Assembly: GCA_044892525.1 (NCBI GenBank) | Contig: CM097885.1 | Span: 25,236,001-25,300,000, forward strand | Direction: 5' to 3' | DNA length: 64,000 nucleotides | From: Schmidtea polychroa | Lineage: Eukaryota | Shown here: one piece after another, positions 1 to 36,000 of the stretch | Layout: every line of letters starts with the position of its first letter | Position numbering within the stretch: position 1 is the stretch's first letter | Notes under the pieces: generated by a model | What the model saw: only the letters and a program-made list of their open reading frames with translations | Told to the model about the DNA's origin: nothing | The model's database searches: none | Made by a program: the position numbers and the translations under genes

Positions 1-900
1 TGGAGTTGTTGGTAAAATTAAATATTACCAATTAATGAGCGTGCTTTTTTTAATAACAATAATGAGCTCCAGGCAGTATATACTTTATTGATTGACACAA
101 TGGATTACCGATTTACAGTGACACAAATAATTCAATATTACAAAAATGACTCGAGTGCTTATGACAACCCTTCGAGAGGATATCACGTTTATAATACAAC
201 TTAAAATTCACAATCACATGACCGCTGCATTTGGTTTCAATGACTGGCAGATTCAATCTAGTTGCTTTCTTAGCTTTAACTGAAAATTCCTCGATTACTT
301 TAATTTGTTTAAAATCGTTTATACCATATCTTTGTAATTCACCTTGGTTTCATTTAAATTCTGTTTCCTTATTTCCTTATTTTCTGTTTCTTTACAAACT
401 CTGTCTCCTTTTTTTCATTTACAAATTGTACCCTGTTAGAAATTCTTTCTGCTGATTCAAGTTGTGTTTCCTTTTATAGTCTGCAACCTAATGGAATTTA
501 TTGATATTTTGCTTAGATTCTTTTCCATAGTACATTCCTTTTGATCATTTCCAGATTTTTTATCCTCTCTGACAACTGTCGAGATATATCATTTTTGAAG
601 ACATCGTTTCACGACTTCCCAAGTGATCCCTTGATTTATTTCAAACAAACGTTGAAATAAGAAAATCCAATTCTGATTTTTTTTCTATTTTCTGCTTTCT
701 TTTTATGCAATATTAATAACGACCTTGTCTTATTTTATTGTTTAATTTATTGGTTTTTGCAATTCACTTTTCATTTTTCAATTTCATCTCGTTCTTAATT
801 TTCAGAATTCTGTTACAATATATAATCTATTTTGTATATTTTGTAAATTTTTCCCTCTTGTACTCACAAATTTAACGCTTTTGATCCTTCAAACAATTAT
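1..900. mobile_element. Dispersed decayed repeat with homologues at ~3880-4760 (inverted) and ~19170-20040
   Basis: Shared blocks such as TGGAGTTGT, GATATCACGT and GATTCAA.TTGTGTTTCC; the purine-rich strand looks like decayed coding sequence. Confidence 0.6.
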
Positions 901-923
901 TATTATTAATATTAATATAAATA

Positions 924-1033
<110 letters not shown>

Positions 1034-4000
1034 TATTTACATTAATTTTATCTAAATTAAATATTTCTCTCCAAACATTTTCTATCTGATTTGGCAGATT
1101 ATTATTTACAACCACATTTAGTTCTGGCATGTAGAATAATAATTCCTCGAATTATTTCCTGCTTTCGAAAGTATAAATTTTGGTAAAGAAATTTTTAACA
1201 TTTTACTTGAATATTATACAAGCAAAATATCATTTGCATTTAATAAAGTGTAATTAATATTAATTAAAATTTACAATATTAACAATTATATTTTTATAAT
1301 AATTATTACGTTTTAATGGTTTTCGAAGGTGGAGTTAATCATAAACTAAATTTCAAGTCAGCTCAAATTTCCAAGTCATCCTTAAAAATCATTGAAATGG
1401 CGTCCTTTATTGCTTTTAATTGGAACTCTATTCGCAAATTTGCAGAAAGATGATAAGAATTTGATAACATTATTTTATTGTTTTCCATAACTTTGCCGTC
1501 AAATCATTTCCAGGTGCGCCATATTCAACTATTTACCTAAATTGTTATGACAAATTCATTTTTTAGCTCTTGGGTTCTTAGAAGTCTTTGATTATGTTGA
1601 TTTAATTTTCATCAGTTTTCACATTTAAAATTACTCCAAATTAAATTTTAAAAATCCTAATCATAAATGTTTAACTCAATTTAATTCAAGTTTTTTTCTG
1701 AAATTTTCAACAGTTGAGGCGTGGTAATTTTTAAAATTGATGCAACTATTAGTCACAAATATAATTACTTTAATTTAATATTATAAAAACTTTTTTTTTC
1801 AAATTTCACCATTGTATTTATTACAAAGCTTATAGACTATGAATCAGTAAATGTATCGATGTTTTTGATATATTTACTGATTCATAAGCTTTTAATAAAT
1901 ATTTAAGCTTTTTTTAAGTCTTTAAGCTTTTTAATAAATATTTAATTTAATATAATTTAATATATATTTTACTATATAAATTAAACACGAATTCCAACTA
2001 ACTGACATTTTAACTATATTATTTTTTAATTTGTTTTAATGTTTAATTTTTGTTTGTTCAAATTGACTGATAAACAAAAGCATGTAAATATAATAAATAA
2101 AATAAATTAATAATAATTATTCTTATCATTTACTAAAAGTTAATAATTAATTACATGATAAATTATACAATAAAAATAATAATGATTATTCATCAAAATT
2201 TAACAATTCTCATAATTCATGATTTTGATTTTTATTTCTTCTTCCGGTTTAAATTCATTCATTTTAAACTTTTTAATATCATTATCTTGTAAATATTTAG
2301 TATTATTTTTATAGTTCATTCTTATCAAGCTCATGTCCCCAAATTTTGCTTTGCTAAACTTCCTATTTTATAACAAAATCATAAGTAGTTTCATTCATTT
2401 AGAGATATTGAAGAGTTTTAATTAAATCATCAATTACATTCACAGATTTCGTTACTTTTATTTTTTGTCTTGCTTTGAACACTCGATGCAAAATGACTGA
2501 CAGTGCTTTGCTGCTCCGACTGCAATAATATTTCAAATAAATTAATAATTTACGATTTGTGTTTGACAACGCATTTTTAATATAATCGGTATTAGGTTGA
2601 TTTGTCTGACAATTTATCAGCTCAATGTGCCTAATAACAGCATGTTAAAAAAGGCCTGTTTTTTCCGTAGCGCTGAATGTCAAAATCTAATTTATCTTCA
2701 TTTCGATTATAAATCAATATTTAATTGTCAAATTTATTTTTACATTATTCTGAAATTAGCAAATACATAATTTCTCTTATAATCTTGAAAAACTTCTTAA
2801 ATCTTTCAACCAAGTTCATAATTTCCTTGAGATTTGATAAACTTTTCCGTCGTAGACGCCATATTAGGTATTAATTAAACTTGAAAAATTAAAATTAATA
2901 TTTATTTAAGAAGCTTTTGTATCTCTAAAATTATGCAAATTAATTTCAAATAGAAATTGTTAATAATTTTAATTAATTTAATTAGCCCATTTAATAATTT
3001 TAATTAATATAAATATTTTAATATTTTAAAGGTTTTGTTTCTTAATTATGTCGAAAATTTTAAATTTATAAAAAAATGGCTGAAGTCTCTTGCAAATTCA
3101 TCGAAAACACTAAAAGAGAAATTCGCAATCCAATTATTAATAAATACATCTTACAATTATAATTACTTCTTTTTCTTGTTTTAATCAGTGCCTGATGGGA
3201 AAATATTGTCATGTAATAACTTCAAATAACGAAAGATTTTTCATAAGATACTAATAACATTTTATCCTTTACTTAAAGCGTTTTATATTTAATATATTAA
3301 TATACTAAATATTATGTTGGAATTAATTCAAGAAAATTTCCGGAAAATATATTTACAGGATCGTACAGATTTGTAAACCCAATTTTAATTACAGTCAATC
3401 CTAAAATTTCCTGCCCATTAATTTGTAGAAAAATGGGAAAGATATTACGTTGTCAAGTTGATTGCGGTAGATGACAAATACAGGAAATTTGCAGCAAGTA
3501 AGGAACATGCGGAAATACAAGGTTAACCTCAAGTAAATATTAGGAAATTAATTAGCGGGAGTTTTTAAATAAATTCTGCAAATGAAAAATTCTTTCTTCC
3601 TTACATTTGTTATTACTGTTAAAAAAAATTCAAATTGAGTAACAGTAGTATATTATTTAATTATTATTAATAATATATTGTTAATATATAATTATTTTAG
3701 TAGGAGTTACTAGATAAAATAAATTGTAATATGAATATTGACGGGCCCATCAGAATTACTATCTAATTTTGCTTTAATATTTCTAATAATAATAATTATA
3801 ATAGAGACGTCTTTAATTATTTTTAATTTGTTAAGGATACCTAAATAATAAAATTAAATAATTATTAAAGTGAGCAAAATGATTGAGGAAAAGGTATAAA
3901 ATAAATGATATGCAGTTCCAGAATTCTGAGGAGCAGGAGATTGAAGAGGAAATAGAAAATAAAAATGAAATCGCCAAAAATCAATAAAATCAAACAATAA

Positions 4001-4947
4001 AATACGACAAGATCATTCTTAATTAACAAATATATATCAAAGAAGGGAAAACAAAAACCAAAACATAATTGAAATTAAATTATGATATCTCCACAAATTG
4101 TCCGAGATATGAAAAATTGATCATCGAATTTGGAGAATATCTCGATAGCTGTCATAAATAATAGGAAAATAAGAAATTATTCAAGCGTATGTGCTGGAAG
4201 TAAAATTAATTATTTGTAAGAGTTATTGAATGGATATCAGACTAAAGGCAAAACAAAATTTGAATTTAGAAAAGAGAAAAAGAGGCAAATGTTAAAAAAA
4301 ATGGGAATCACTATTTCTAAAAAGAAGAAAGAAAGATAGGGAAACTGAATAAACGAAACTCAAAGCTAATTACGAAATTACCGGAGAAAAAATTGTCAGG
4401 TCCGAGAAGTAATCTAAAACAAATTAAAGTTATTAATTGCACGTATCAAATAATTTAAAGTCAAAGCCAGGAAAGTAAGTACACTGATTCTACCGATTGT
4501 CAAAACCATAAACAGCAGTTAAGTGGTTGTGAATTCCGAGTTGTGTCACAGACGTGATATTCCTCCCAAAGGCTTGTAATAAGCAGTAAAATCGTTATTT
4601 TAATATTGAATTATTTCTGTCGCTGTAAAATGGCAATAGATTGTGTTAATTAACAAAAGTTTATATTGTCTGGAATTCGTCACTGTTACTGTTATCAGAT
4701 AAACAGGCATTGAAGTTAGATCAATAATTGTTAATTTCATATTTAACCGACAACTCCAACAAATTGCATTAGTTTTGTCTATTTTATATTTAATTAATCA
4801 TAGGCCATGTAAATTAATTTCTTATCCTACTGAATCATAATTAAGTCTAATACTAAATTAAATTAAAAGTATACCTAAAATCAAATTTTTACTATTTACT
4901 ATTGAAATAAAAATACCACCATGTCGATTAGAACATCCAATCAATAT

Positions 4948-4960
4948 AATAATAATAATA

Positions 4961-5033
<73 letters not shown>
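4948..5033. repeat. (AAT)n microsatellite
   Basis: Direct reading. Confidence 0.95.
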
Positions 5034-5036
<3 letters not shown>

Positions 5037-6729
5037 AATTTTTAATATATTATATTATTATATTATATAAATTTAATATTTAAAAATATTTTTATTCATT
5101 CACTTTTAGTCGGTTTAATCTTTAATTAGGGAAGGCCATTTAAAATAAATTTTGAACAAAATATGATCAAAAATCATTTTGGAAGATCGGAAAGACTGTC
5201 AAAAATGTCTTAATAATATCTTGATTAAATGTTTTCATTACAAAAATGAAATATCCAAAAACTAGAAATATTCATTAAAGTTTAATAATTTTTATTCTGA
5301 AAGAAATAATTAGTTTTTGTTTGAAATATTTTGCATATGATTGAGCATGAAAGGAGTAATTAAAATAATTATGATAATTATATAACTAATAAATTTAATT
5401 AGTTTTGATAAAAACAGAAACTTGTAATAAAAATATATCCTTTTCCAGCCTCATTTGAGGAGAAGTTGCAAATTATACTTTGTTTTTAATATATTTTCTA
5501 ATATCTATGACTCTGTTGAGGTTAAATTTTATGGAACATTTAGTTGTTTTTCATTTGAATTGTTAATTGTTAATTTAACACACACACACACACACATATA
5601 TATATATTATATATATAAAGTAAACGCATAATGAATTTAATAGTAATTCTATTTTTAAACATATTTAGTAATTAGAGTTTGTTTAACTGCATTATTTAAA
5701 TATAAACGCCAACAATAATTTTAAATAAATTATTTCATGAAATTGTTTGGGTTAGCACTAAAATCAAAAAATTTTATATAAAAAGGAAAGCATAACAAAT
5801 ATGAGTAAAATCAATAAAAGTGCAAAATTAATTAAAACTTACTAAAAATCAAAAATCAATATTGGTTGAACGCCAAATTGATAGACGAGTTTAGAAATTA
5901 TAATGAAAATTTAATTAGGTATTCACAGGGAAAGTTAGTGCAAACAAAACAAATTAATTAATTGGTAATGGAAATCCCTAGCTAATGGGAAGCCCGAGCC
6001 CATGGGAAATCCGATGCGCAGTGAGACCCGAGCAATCAAATAAGAGAGGGAATATTTTGAGACTTAATCAAGAGTAAACAAATTAAAACAATTAGAAAAC
6101 CCTCAAATATTGACTTAGGATTCCTGGGGAAATAAATACTTGCAATTCTCTAGATAATTGGTCTCTCAGAAATAGTATAAAAAGAGAGCTCAGAAATAAG
6201 CAAGCCGCCATTTGGTAGTAAAGAGAAAAACGAAAAAAAAAGAAGCATAAAATCCGGCAATCAATAATCGATAGAAGAAATCTAGTAATTAAAAAATGGT
6301 AAGACTCGTACAAGAAAAGATGATTGCCCTTTGGGTTTTCTACCTTATAGAGCGGAAAATTGCCTTGAGAGAAAGGTGCAAATAATGACACATTGTAATT
6401 GTGATAAAGATCGAATAAAATTATTCTGTGTTGGGTTTCGATTTATTTGGTTAAATAAGAACACAAGGAGTCAAAGAGAGAACCGACTTTCAAATAAAAA
6501 TCCAACATCTTTTTTGCCACATATCAACATGGGGCATCCAATAGTAAATTCCTTACAAACGTTTAAAAATGACTGGCACTAATTCATGTTATAAAATTGT
6601 CTGGACTACCGAGAAATCTTTGTCAAAATATATCAATTTTTTTTATTTAATTTTACACAAAATCATTTTGATATCTCGTTTTATGTATGATTTCATTTCG
6701 CAATAAGGTAAAAAAGATTTATGTAAGAA

Positions 6730-6930
6730 AATATTAATAAGTCAGTCGCTGACTCCTTATTAAAGTTCTTCTTTGGAAATGAAATATTGGACTTTGTGAG
6801 GTCTCAAAAAATTTATTTTAAATTCAAATCTGAATATTTTGTTAAAAACAGGGGAACTCAAATACTACGAACATCCCCAGCCTATTCACAAACCTGTGAC
6901 TTAATCGAAAGATTCCATTGCATTTCCATG
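6730..6930 (+). pseudogene. Degenerate LTR-retrotransposon integrase fragment
   Basis: ..VADSLLKFF...GTQILRTSPAYSQTCDLIERFH resembles G....T.PY.PQ.NG..ERF. Confidence 0.5.
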
Positions 6931-7664
6931 CTTATTGGTGGCATACAGTCAGATTCACTGAAATTTACAATGTACTATACTATACTACGATGTTATTTCC
7001 CTTTTCATTATTAATTAATTGCTATGTAATATTTTTTTGTTAAAAACCTTTAAATTTTAATGTTATTTGTAGATCAACATTTTTCTTATAAAATAAATTA
7101 AATTAAATTCTATAATTTTATTCCAATATTATCTGAAAATCGACGCCCCCCCCCCCCTCTTGAGTGTCGAAAAGTTTATATAATTTAACCACATAGTTCC
7201 TAGCAAAAATCCAAATAACTTATAACTGTATACTTATATTAGTAGTAGAATAAAAATGAAGGTTCATTTTCAAATACCCTTCGATATAGCAAAGGATATT
7301 CGGAAATGAAATTTTTTGGTACTCCTTATAATTTTAAAAATTTATTAATCTGCAATAAAATTATTTTAAAGGCATTTATTTTATTTTTGCTGTTTCCTTT
7401 TTCCTCTTTATTTAATTCAGTTGAAAACCTTGAATAAAATTGTAAACGTCCCCGTTTCAGTTGTTGATACAGCAATTACGTCTACCTGACTATCAACAGG
7501 AAATTTGTAGACTGAAATTTTATCTTAGAATAAACAAGGCAGCAAATTCTTAATTATCCTTTTTCAAATGTTAAAATATCTGATCATGATCATTTTGGTA
7601 ATTACTAGAGGAATTAAATTTCTATAAACACCTTTTCCTCTCAAACATTCTATAATAAGTAATT

Positions 7665-7677
7665 AATAATGATGATG

Positions 7678-7771
<94 letters not shown>

Positions 7772-7848
7772 TAAAATGATAATTTAAGCCTTTTGCTGCA
7801 AATAATGTATTTAATGAAAGAATTTTCGACTATACGATAGTCCTTGTC

Positions 7849-7938
<90 letters not shown>
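7665..7938. repeat. Two (AAT)n arrays separated by a short repeat element
   Basis: Direct reading. Confidence 0.95.
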
Positions 7939-9523
7939 CAAAGATCTTTTCATTTAAATACATTAAAATTTTTTATGTGATTCAGCAATTTTCTCTTGGT
8001 CCCGTGATTTCGATCAATCTATTTTTAGTCAAATTCTGACTATTTAAAAATAATTAACTTTAAATTTAATATTTCAATTATTAGTTAGACTTTTCGATAC
8101 TTTTCTCCTTTAATCTTTAACCATTTTCCAAATTTCTAAAAAAAATTTAAGTTGGAATTATTTTAAATAAATTCTAAAACACTAGAAAAACCATCAAATT
8201 GCATATTTTTATAATTAAAAAATCCAGTGATAAATGATTGTTGCCTATATTTTTTGTCCGTCTATGTGTAATTTTATTATGGAGTTGCTGTGTGTTGTGT
8301 ATGTGTGTTTTTATTTAATTTTCTCACCTTTGTTATTTTTCTGCCTTTCTGCTTAATTATTTTTCTGTCACTTTTTCGATTCCTATATTAAATATGTTAA
8401 CTTTCGAAGCATTAAAATTTTACACACAGGTAAGTTGATATGTTCCTATACTATAAATTTATTGATTTTTTTAGATTATAGACTATGTTAACTTTCGGAA
8501 TTAGGTGTATAGTAATTGCCTTTAATTTATGCCACTCTCCTTAATTTATATTCATATTTCAAGTATGTGTGTTTAATTTTTCTATAAATAAATAAATAAT
8601 GTCTTATACTATACTTTTATTTATTGTAAAACGTAAATTTTTTAATATACAGATGTAGAAAATGAGAAACAGGTAGAAAAACTAATTTAACACGAAAACA
8701 CTTCACAGTAAAAATACATATAAACTTTCAATATATGTAATTGCTGCATGGAATATATTCATTTTACAATATTATTATTTGGAAAAAAATGACAGATAAA
8801 AATTTAGAATTTGATGCCGAAATACGTTTTTGATAAATTAAAAATATAATTTGTGCTAAACTTAAAATTTTAGTGCTGTTCTACATTTGTGGTTTACAAC
8901 CTGTGGGTCACGACTCCAACAGAAATCATCTGGGACCTTCTGAAAATTAATTTTTTTAATCAATTTTACAATTCTTAAATCCTACTGTGATAAGTTCACG
9001 CTTTTGCGGTTTAATCTGTCCGAGTACTATAATAGATATTTTTACAATTCCAAAATGGCGATAAAAGGGTAGTTACGTCACTGGATAGATTTATTATAAT
9101 TACACGAATGTCAAATAAGTATGAGATCAGTTCAAATTGTGATTGTGATAATCCTTTTGATGAGTTCCTCTCAGCCTCACTATTAATTTATCTTATTTAG
9201 TATTTTATTTCTAGATATTTTTCATTAGAACAACTTTTCCTTTAAGATGTTTTTTAAATGTTTTTCGAATTGTTACCGTTTTGAATTTGATTGTCTCTTC
9301 CATTTGGTGATAAACTCGCTGATGATCCTGATTTGTTCTGTTCTGCTTCACTTCACATATAATTATCGTTGATTCAATATTTTAATAATTTAACTCTTTT
9401 GTTTGTATATAATTTTTTTTCAACCTGGATTTATTTATTCACAGTTGATTGCATCTTTTATTTTTGTCTATTTTATTATTTTTTTAAAATATCCGTAAAA
9501 AATCCTTTACAATGATTATTAAT

Positions 9524-9706
<183 letters not shown>

Positions 9707-11150
9707 TTTCAAATAAAACACTATGTAATCCATTTCAGCAGTGTTTATTCATAAAATGAAATATTTTAATCTAAAATGGATCCTAATTACTCGAATACAA
9801 AAGTTTACAAGTATTAATTGTACTATAACTTATACTATATAACTATATATACATAAAAAGTCAACAATTATGTAAATTTATTTAACCTTTTGTAAACGTT
9901 ATCAAAAAATTTATGAAAAATAGTTTTCAAAAAACGGAAAACTGAAATGTCTACTAATGATCTGATTTGGGAATTTTTTTTTCCTAATAAAGTTCAAGAA
10001 GTCACGTAAGGAGCAATCTGGCAATGCTCATTAATTCCAAAGATAATTATGACCGAATGATTGATTTGCACATTTTCTGATAATACAAAATCAAAAAGGA
10101 AACAAAAATTAATTTCATTGAAACTTTTAATTTTTTCTGTCATATTATCTACGGTGAAGAGCTAGTGAGATAATTTGGAAATTGCTTCTTTTCCCTATTT
10201 TGGAGCATTTATATTTAAATATTTCAAAAAGAAATAATAAGTCCGTGCTCCAGGATTCATAACAGCGAGAATATTGATAGCCCTTAATATAGAGCAGTAT
10301 TAGAACAACAAGTATTTATAAACGCAACCAATTTTATGGCCAACAAATATAAATTACTAATTCTCACAATCTTAGAAATAATTTTCACTGATATAATAAT
10401 AATTATAATTATAAATGAATACTTTATTTATTTACATGCAGATAATAGCAAGTTTTGCCAATTTATTATTATTATGAAATAAATTTAAATGTTATTATTA
10501 GACATAATTATTAAATATTAAATGAAAAACAAAAAAACTTAATTAAAATTCAATTTAATTTCCAAAAATTAAATATGAAAACATAATTATTCAAGCAAAT
10601 ATATTTTACAAATGTGGCTTTATCTAAAAATAAATAAATTTTAAAAGAATTGTTTATCCAAATTGGATAAATTATGCTTCATTCGAAAGGGAAAAGTTGA
10701 TTTTAAAATAACAGAAATCAAAACGTTAATTATAATAAATAATTTATTAAAGTTTATATTGTATGGTTTTATGTTGAAATTTTTAGTTATCCATTAATTA
10801 TTATTTTTAGAAAAACTCTTCAAACAAAAATATCATTTGTTTAAATGTTATTGTACTGCAATCAAAGATTGCTTACATAAGTTTGATTTTATGTTTTTAA
10901 TTATTATTAAAAGTTCTGTAGTAAATATTATGGATTTATCATTAGAATAAAAAATCATAATTAAAATAAATAATATATCAACAAAAGAAAACAGATCAAA
11001 GGTGACCAATAAAAACAATATTTTACTGATATTAAATTAAATTTATTGATTTCTTTTCCATTAATCATGACAACGGTAACACATTTTGAATATAATTTTA
11101 TATAACTTAAAATTTGTCTAAAAAGTACTTTAGTTCATGAACATTTTGTG

Positions 11151-11152
<2 letters not shown>

Positions 11153-11221
<69 letters not shown>

Positions 11222-11255
11222 TTATTATTATTATTACTATTATTATTATTATTAA

Positions 11256-11292
<37 letters not shown>

Positions 11293-11325
11293 TTTTTTTT
11301 ATTATTACTATTATTATTATTATTA
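11153..11325. repeat. Imperfect (ATT)n microsatellite
   Basis: Direct reading. Confidence 0.95.
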
Positions 11326-12127
11326 CAATAAATATTAATGTAATAAATGTGATTATTATTACTATCATTTTCATTATTATATTTTTCGCATTAATTTATT
11401 CTAACTTTTATTAAGTTATTATTATACAGGTATTTTTAATAAATTTGTAAAAACAATTACAATTATTTCCAAATTATCTTTTTGTTCATCACTGTTCCTT
11501 TCGCATATATTTAACATGCTCCTAGATTTACAAAACAATAATCCCAAGTAAATTTAGAATTTCTTTTGTATCTAAAAAATAATCGCAAACGATTCTTGAA
11601 TTTCAAAGAAAATCCAGTCAACTGACAAAAATGTAAACCTGAAAAGATTTTGTGATTATTTGTTGAGGAAAATGAGTTTTTTCCTTTATGAAATAATTTA
11701 CATACGATTATTGCTGTACTACCGTTTCTATTCGACGACAACATAAAAGGCAAAAGATCGCATTAAATTACTTTTTTTCTCTTTTGACTTGAAAGATTTT
11801 ATATTTTTTGTAACAATTTATCGATTGATTGGGAAAGTGATATTGATTATTTAGGAATTTTCCCTATCTCAAATTTAGATTATAAGGAAATATGTGAGAA
11901 TCGTGACGTAGAGTAAGAGAGATATGTTTAAATTGTACATCTTTTAAATAAAAGACAAACGAGGAGTGTTAATCTCAAAGTCTAACATATTTGCAATAGA
12001 TCAAAGGTTCTCAATCTATATGTTTTATAACACATTTAAAGATAAGTAACCATGAAAATACATTTAAAATATCATTCGATCAAAGTTAACTAGAAAGGGA
12101 TGTTGCAAACAGAAGTTATCCTCATAG

Positions 12128-12454
12128 ATGTGATCCTGCTACCTCATGATAAATTATCGCGCACCCTCACTAGAAAAATACTTTTGATTATAAGGAAATT
12201 GTATTATTTATTTCTAAAGTGTGAATTGTGCAAATTATTAATTATAAATATAGTCAGTGACAAATTTTCTTTTCTGACTTTGGTCAGAGCCCTTTGCCGA
12301 GGAATTATTTTTTGACTATAAGAAAACGATAGTAATGATTTTTAAGTGCAAAATCAATATTTCATATAAAATTCAATAAGAATGCTTCCTTATAGTCAAA
12401 AATAATTTCCTAGTGAAATGCGCGATATCTCATCATAAGGTATCGGGGTTACAT
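12128..12454. mobile_element. Old MITE/foldback-like element
   Basis: ~85-bp degenerate inverted arms (ATCGCGCA..CACTAG..TTTTGATTATAAGGAA / TTCCTTATAGTCAAAA..CTAGTG..TGCGCGAT). Confidence 0.6.
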
Positions 12455-12990
12455 AACCCTCCTACTTACTAATATTAAGTAGTAATAAATTACACCTCCA
12501 TCAAAAACTAGCAAAAAGAATGGAAAAATTATTATGTTTCATAAAAACGAATATTATTTTCTATGCAATTTTCATACAAAACAAAATAGAGACGTATTTT
12601 ATTTAAGAAAAAAAGATTCTAAATTACCATCACAAAAGGTTTTCGATAGTTTCTTGTAAATATAAAAAATTTGATTTAAATACATTTAATTGTGAAAATT
12701 TTATTCTGGAATAGGATTTATTTACGAGTTTCACTTGAAAAAGGAAAAGATAAAGATTATAAAGGGTCTTGAAACGGCCTTTTGCAAATTCACAAATAAT
12801 ATTTTTCTACTGCGACTTTTATTTTAAATTTGTCTCTTTGAACTACCCTTCAATGTTAAGTCGTTCAATTGTGTATAAATACTTATTTTTACTGACTTTT
12901 AGGGATCGGAATTTAAATTAATGCCATTTTTCAAATTGTTTTATTTGAGGAGTAAATCAATGTCCTAAAAACATTAATTTATCGAAATCA

Positions 12991-13199
<209 letters not shown>

Positions 13200-13764
13200 C
13201 AGTTCTAAATTTAAAATCAGTAATTTTCGTGAACAGTTAAAGATTCAATAATAAAAAGGAAAGAGATCGAATGAAAATAACAAAATTTTACTACTGAAAT
13301 TTTTGTGAATTTATTTTTACATTCTACAAAACAAATCTGTGAAATTGAATTTGTAAAATTGTCTGAGATCAATTTGAAATTTCACACCTGCGCCATTGAT
13401 TATGATCATTAAAACAAAAACAATTGATATCGAATTTTGCCACGATGATATTTTCTGAATACTCTTTAGATTTCTTTGAAAATTCATCTTCATTGGCAAT
13501 TTTGATATTTGAAGGAATATTTTCAAGGAATCATTGTTTTAATTATCGGGCAAATTCATTTTATTACAGCAGTTTCAGTAAACAAAAAAATAGAATTTCA
13601 GTTTATTGAAGAAAATGTCAATAGAAATTCTTATTTGCTGTAAGAAGAAATAAGAGACCCGAAAAGAATAAATAAAAATAAATTTAAACAAATAGTAATA
13701 ATATAATTAGAATAATGTTAATGTTAATATAATATAATTATAACAATTTATTATTATTATTATA

Positions 13765-13824
<60 letters not shown>

Positions 13825-13852
13825 TTTTTTTTATTTTTATTATTATATTTAG

Positions 13853-33324
<19,472 letters not shown>

Positions 33325-33425
33325 TCTTTTTTTCAATTTTTCTTTTGTCATTTATTCCAGAGATATATTAGATTTTGTTGAAGCTTTAATTATATTTGTA
33401 AGTCCAGTTTATGTAAGCAGAAAAA

Positions 33426-33585
<160 letters not shown>

Positions 33586-34989
33586 ATTATGAGTATGATT
33601 ATTAATACATTTAGAGATTTTCAAATGGATTGTAAATTATTTTGTGCTGTAAAAGAAGTATTATTATTATTTAAATATTAAAGAGATTTTATTTTATCGT
33701 GTTTTGGTAAGCTCATTGACTTCTGTGAAATTGTGAATATATCAAATTCCATTTCGAGTGGTTGTGTGCTAGTTATTTTATTAAATATAATCAATTTTTA
33801 ATAATTAAATAATAACAATAAGGTTGGTTTTAATTATAACAACAAAATTAATAATAAAAAGTTGATTAAATTTATTTATTTATTTTCACATTGTAGATCG
33901 ATTTTTTATTTTATATTTAGCACACAATTTTTGGCAAAAGAGGCTATGCTGAAAATTCAAAAAAAATAAAAAACAACCGAAATATCGTTTATTTTATTTA
34001 TTGTTTTGATCTATATTATAGATTCTATAGTCTTACAAACATTAATATGAAAATTATATTTATAGATAATTTTTAGATACAAATACATAATAATTAATTT
34101 GTTTTATACTTCTAGGTAATTTACTCTAAAATGATAAAAACAAAACAACAATTATTTAATTACTCATTATATACGTATATATTTACAATTTGTTTTGTAT
34201 AATTTGTTTGGTTGAATATTAACAGAATACAAAAATGTTTGATCAACTAAAAATTCTCCTATTAAGCTAAGAAGCTAACCTACGTATCCAAGTTGACCTA
34301 CAATGCTACACTAAACATAAAAGGGGAAATCAAGTAGAGAATTTGGAGTACTGAGAAAACAACCAAGCTGGGATAAATCTTATAAAAATTAATCAACCAA
34401 ATTATACAACAAAATAATATATCCTTTGAATTAAAAGAATTATTAATAAAATATCCGGGAAGAGAAATCCGAAAATATTCCAAATTATATATTTTTAAGA
34501 ACTGAATCTCTAATCAATGAAAACTCCACTTCTACGATAATGGTTATCTGTCTTCTTTATCATTTTATCCTTCGATGGACGAATTTAGGTTTTTTAACTC
34601 TGAAGGTATTTGTTGCTTTTGCGAAATTTTTATAGAGAGTGTGTATATATTTATATTAAGGAATCGAGTTCCGTCTCGGAAATCAAATAATTTTGAAATG
34701 TAATTAACTTTTATGATAAGTGAATCTTATAAAAGTATTTTTAAAATTATTTTCTGTCTTCTTTTAAATTATTCCTACTCTTTATTTCTTTCAATTTTTC
34801 TCTCTTTTCCTTCCTAGACTAAATATGAGGTATTTATATACTATTTTATCGTGAGTCAATATAAAATTAATGACTGTTTTTGAGTTTAGATAATTAAACA
34901 AAACTTAATGAATTTGACTATATTTAGAATTGTGATATTTTATTTTATTTATTATATTCTAACATTGACAAACACATGGCACTGAAATA

Positions 34990-35501
34990 AATATTTGAAA
35001 ACGCCAATCGAACGTCACTTATATTATATACTTCCACCGATTCACTGTCATCATCAAGTAGAGACGAAAAAAACTACAAAGATTTTAAATTGCTTGCTCG
35101 AATAAATTGAAAAAATTTTTAAAAATACTAATTTGAAAAATTTTTTAAAAAACTAAATATTTTAAAAATTTTTTACAAAATATATTTTACTAAAGAATAA
35201 TTTTTATTTTAAAAAATTAAAAGAAATTTAGAATTTAATTAAAATAAATTTTTTATTAGATTTAATAATTTTTTACATTAATAAATAACATCATTTTTAA
35301 TGTATGACAATACAGAAACCCAGAAAGTTATTCTTTGAATTAACACATAAATGATTTAGTTTATCATTTTGAAAACTTTTTAAATTTTGTACGAATAAGC
35401 AAATTAAAATCTAAAAAGACTTTGCGTTTCAACCCAACAATGACAGTGAATCTGTTGAACTATATAGTATAAGTGATATTGAATGGACGTTTTCAAATAT
35501 T
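34990..35501. mobile_element. Old MITE-like element
   Basis: ~130-bp degenerate inverted arms (AATATTTGAAAACG..GATTCACTGTCAT / ATGACAGTGAATC..CGTTTTCAAATATT). Confidence 0.65.
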
Positions 35502-36000
35502 AAGTTATACATATATATTTATAGTAAGTTAAGGCAGTGAGCCTGACATAGATTTTATGGTCATTTCATTTAAATTTCGAAAACTTTCTCCATATAAAAT
35601 CAAGACAAATTAGATAAAACCATAGATGTAAAAGCCGTATTTTTATTATTCCCAAAAACCATCATTTTTTCCGTTTTTTATTCTTTTTTCGATTTTTATT
35701 ATTATACTTCTTTTATTATATTTTTGTCGGATGTCTCTTTCATTGCCTCGTATTTTCTCGAATTGAACTAATGGACGTAATGGACAAGAAATAAGATTTA
35801 TAAAAAAATGGTTAATTAACAATTTTGTTCAAAAATAACAAAATTGTGGTCGATCTGTATCAACAGTTTTTAAAAAGATGTTTTTTCGAAATGCAACCAT
35901 TTTGGTTAAAAATTGTTTTGATAAATTTTATTTTTCTATAAATTTCGAATATATTCCAATAAATCAATTATAATAAAAAAAATATATTTCTTTATCCCAA

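Noticed and set aside
9320..9345. Other CTGATGA words (also ~58835) as hammerheads
   Set aside because: No stem II or GAAA follows.
13340..13610. Possible upstream Kidins220 exon
   Set aside because: No matching motifs; looks more like decayed MULE-type transposase, but too weak to call.
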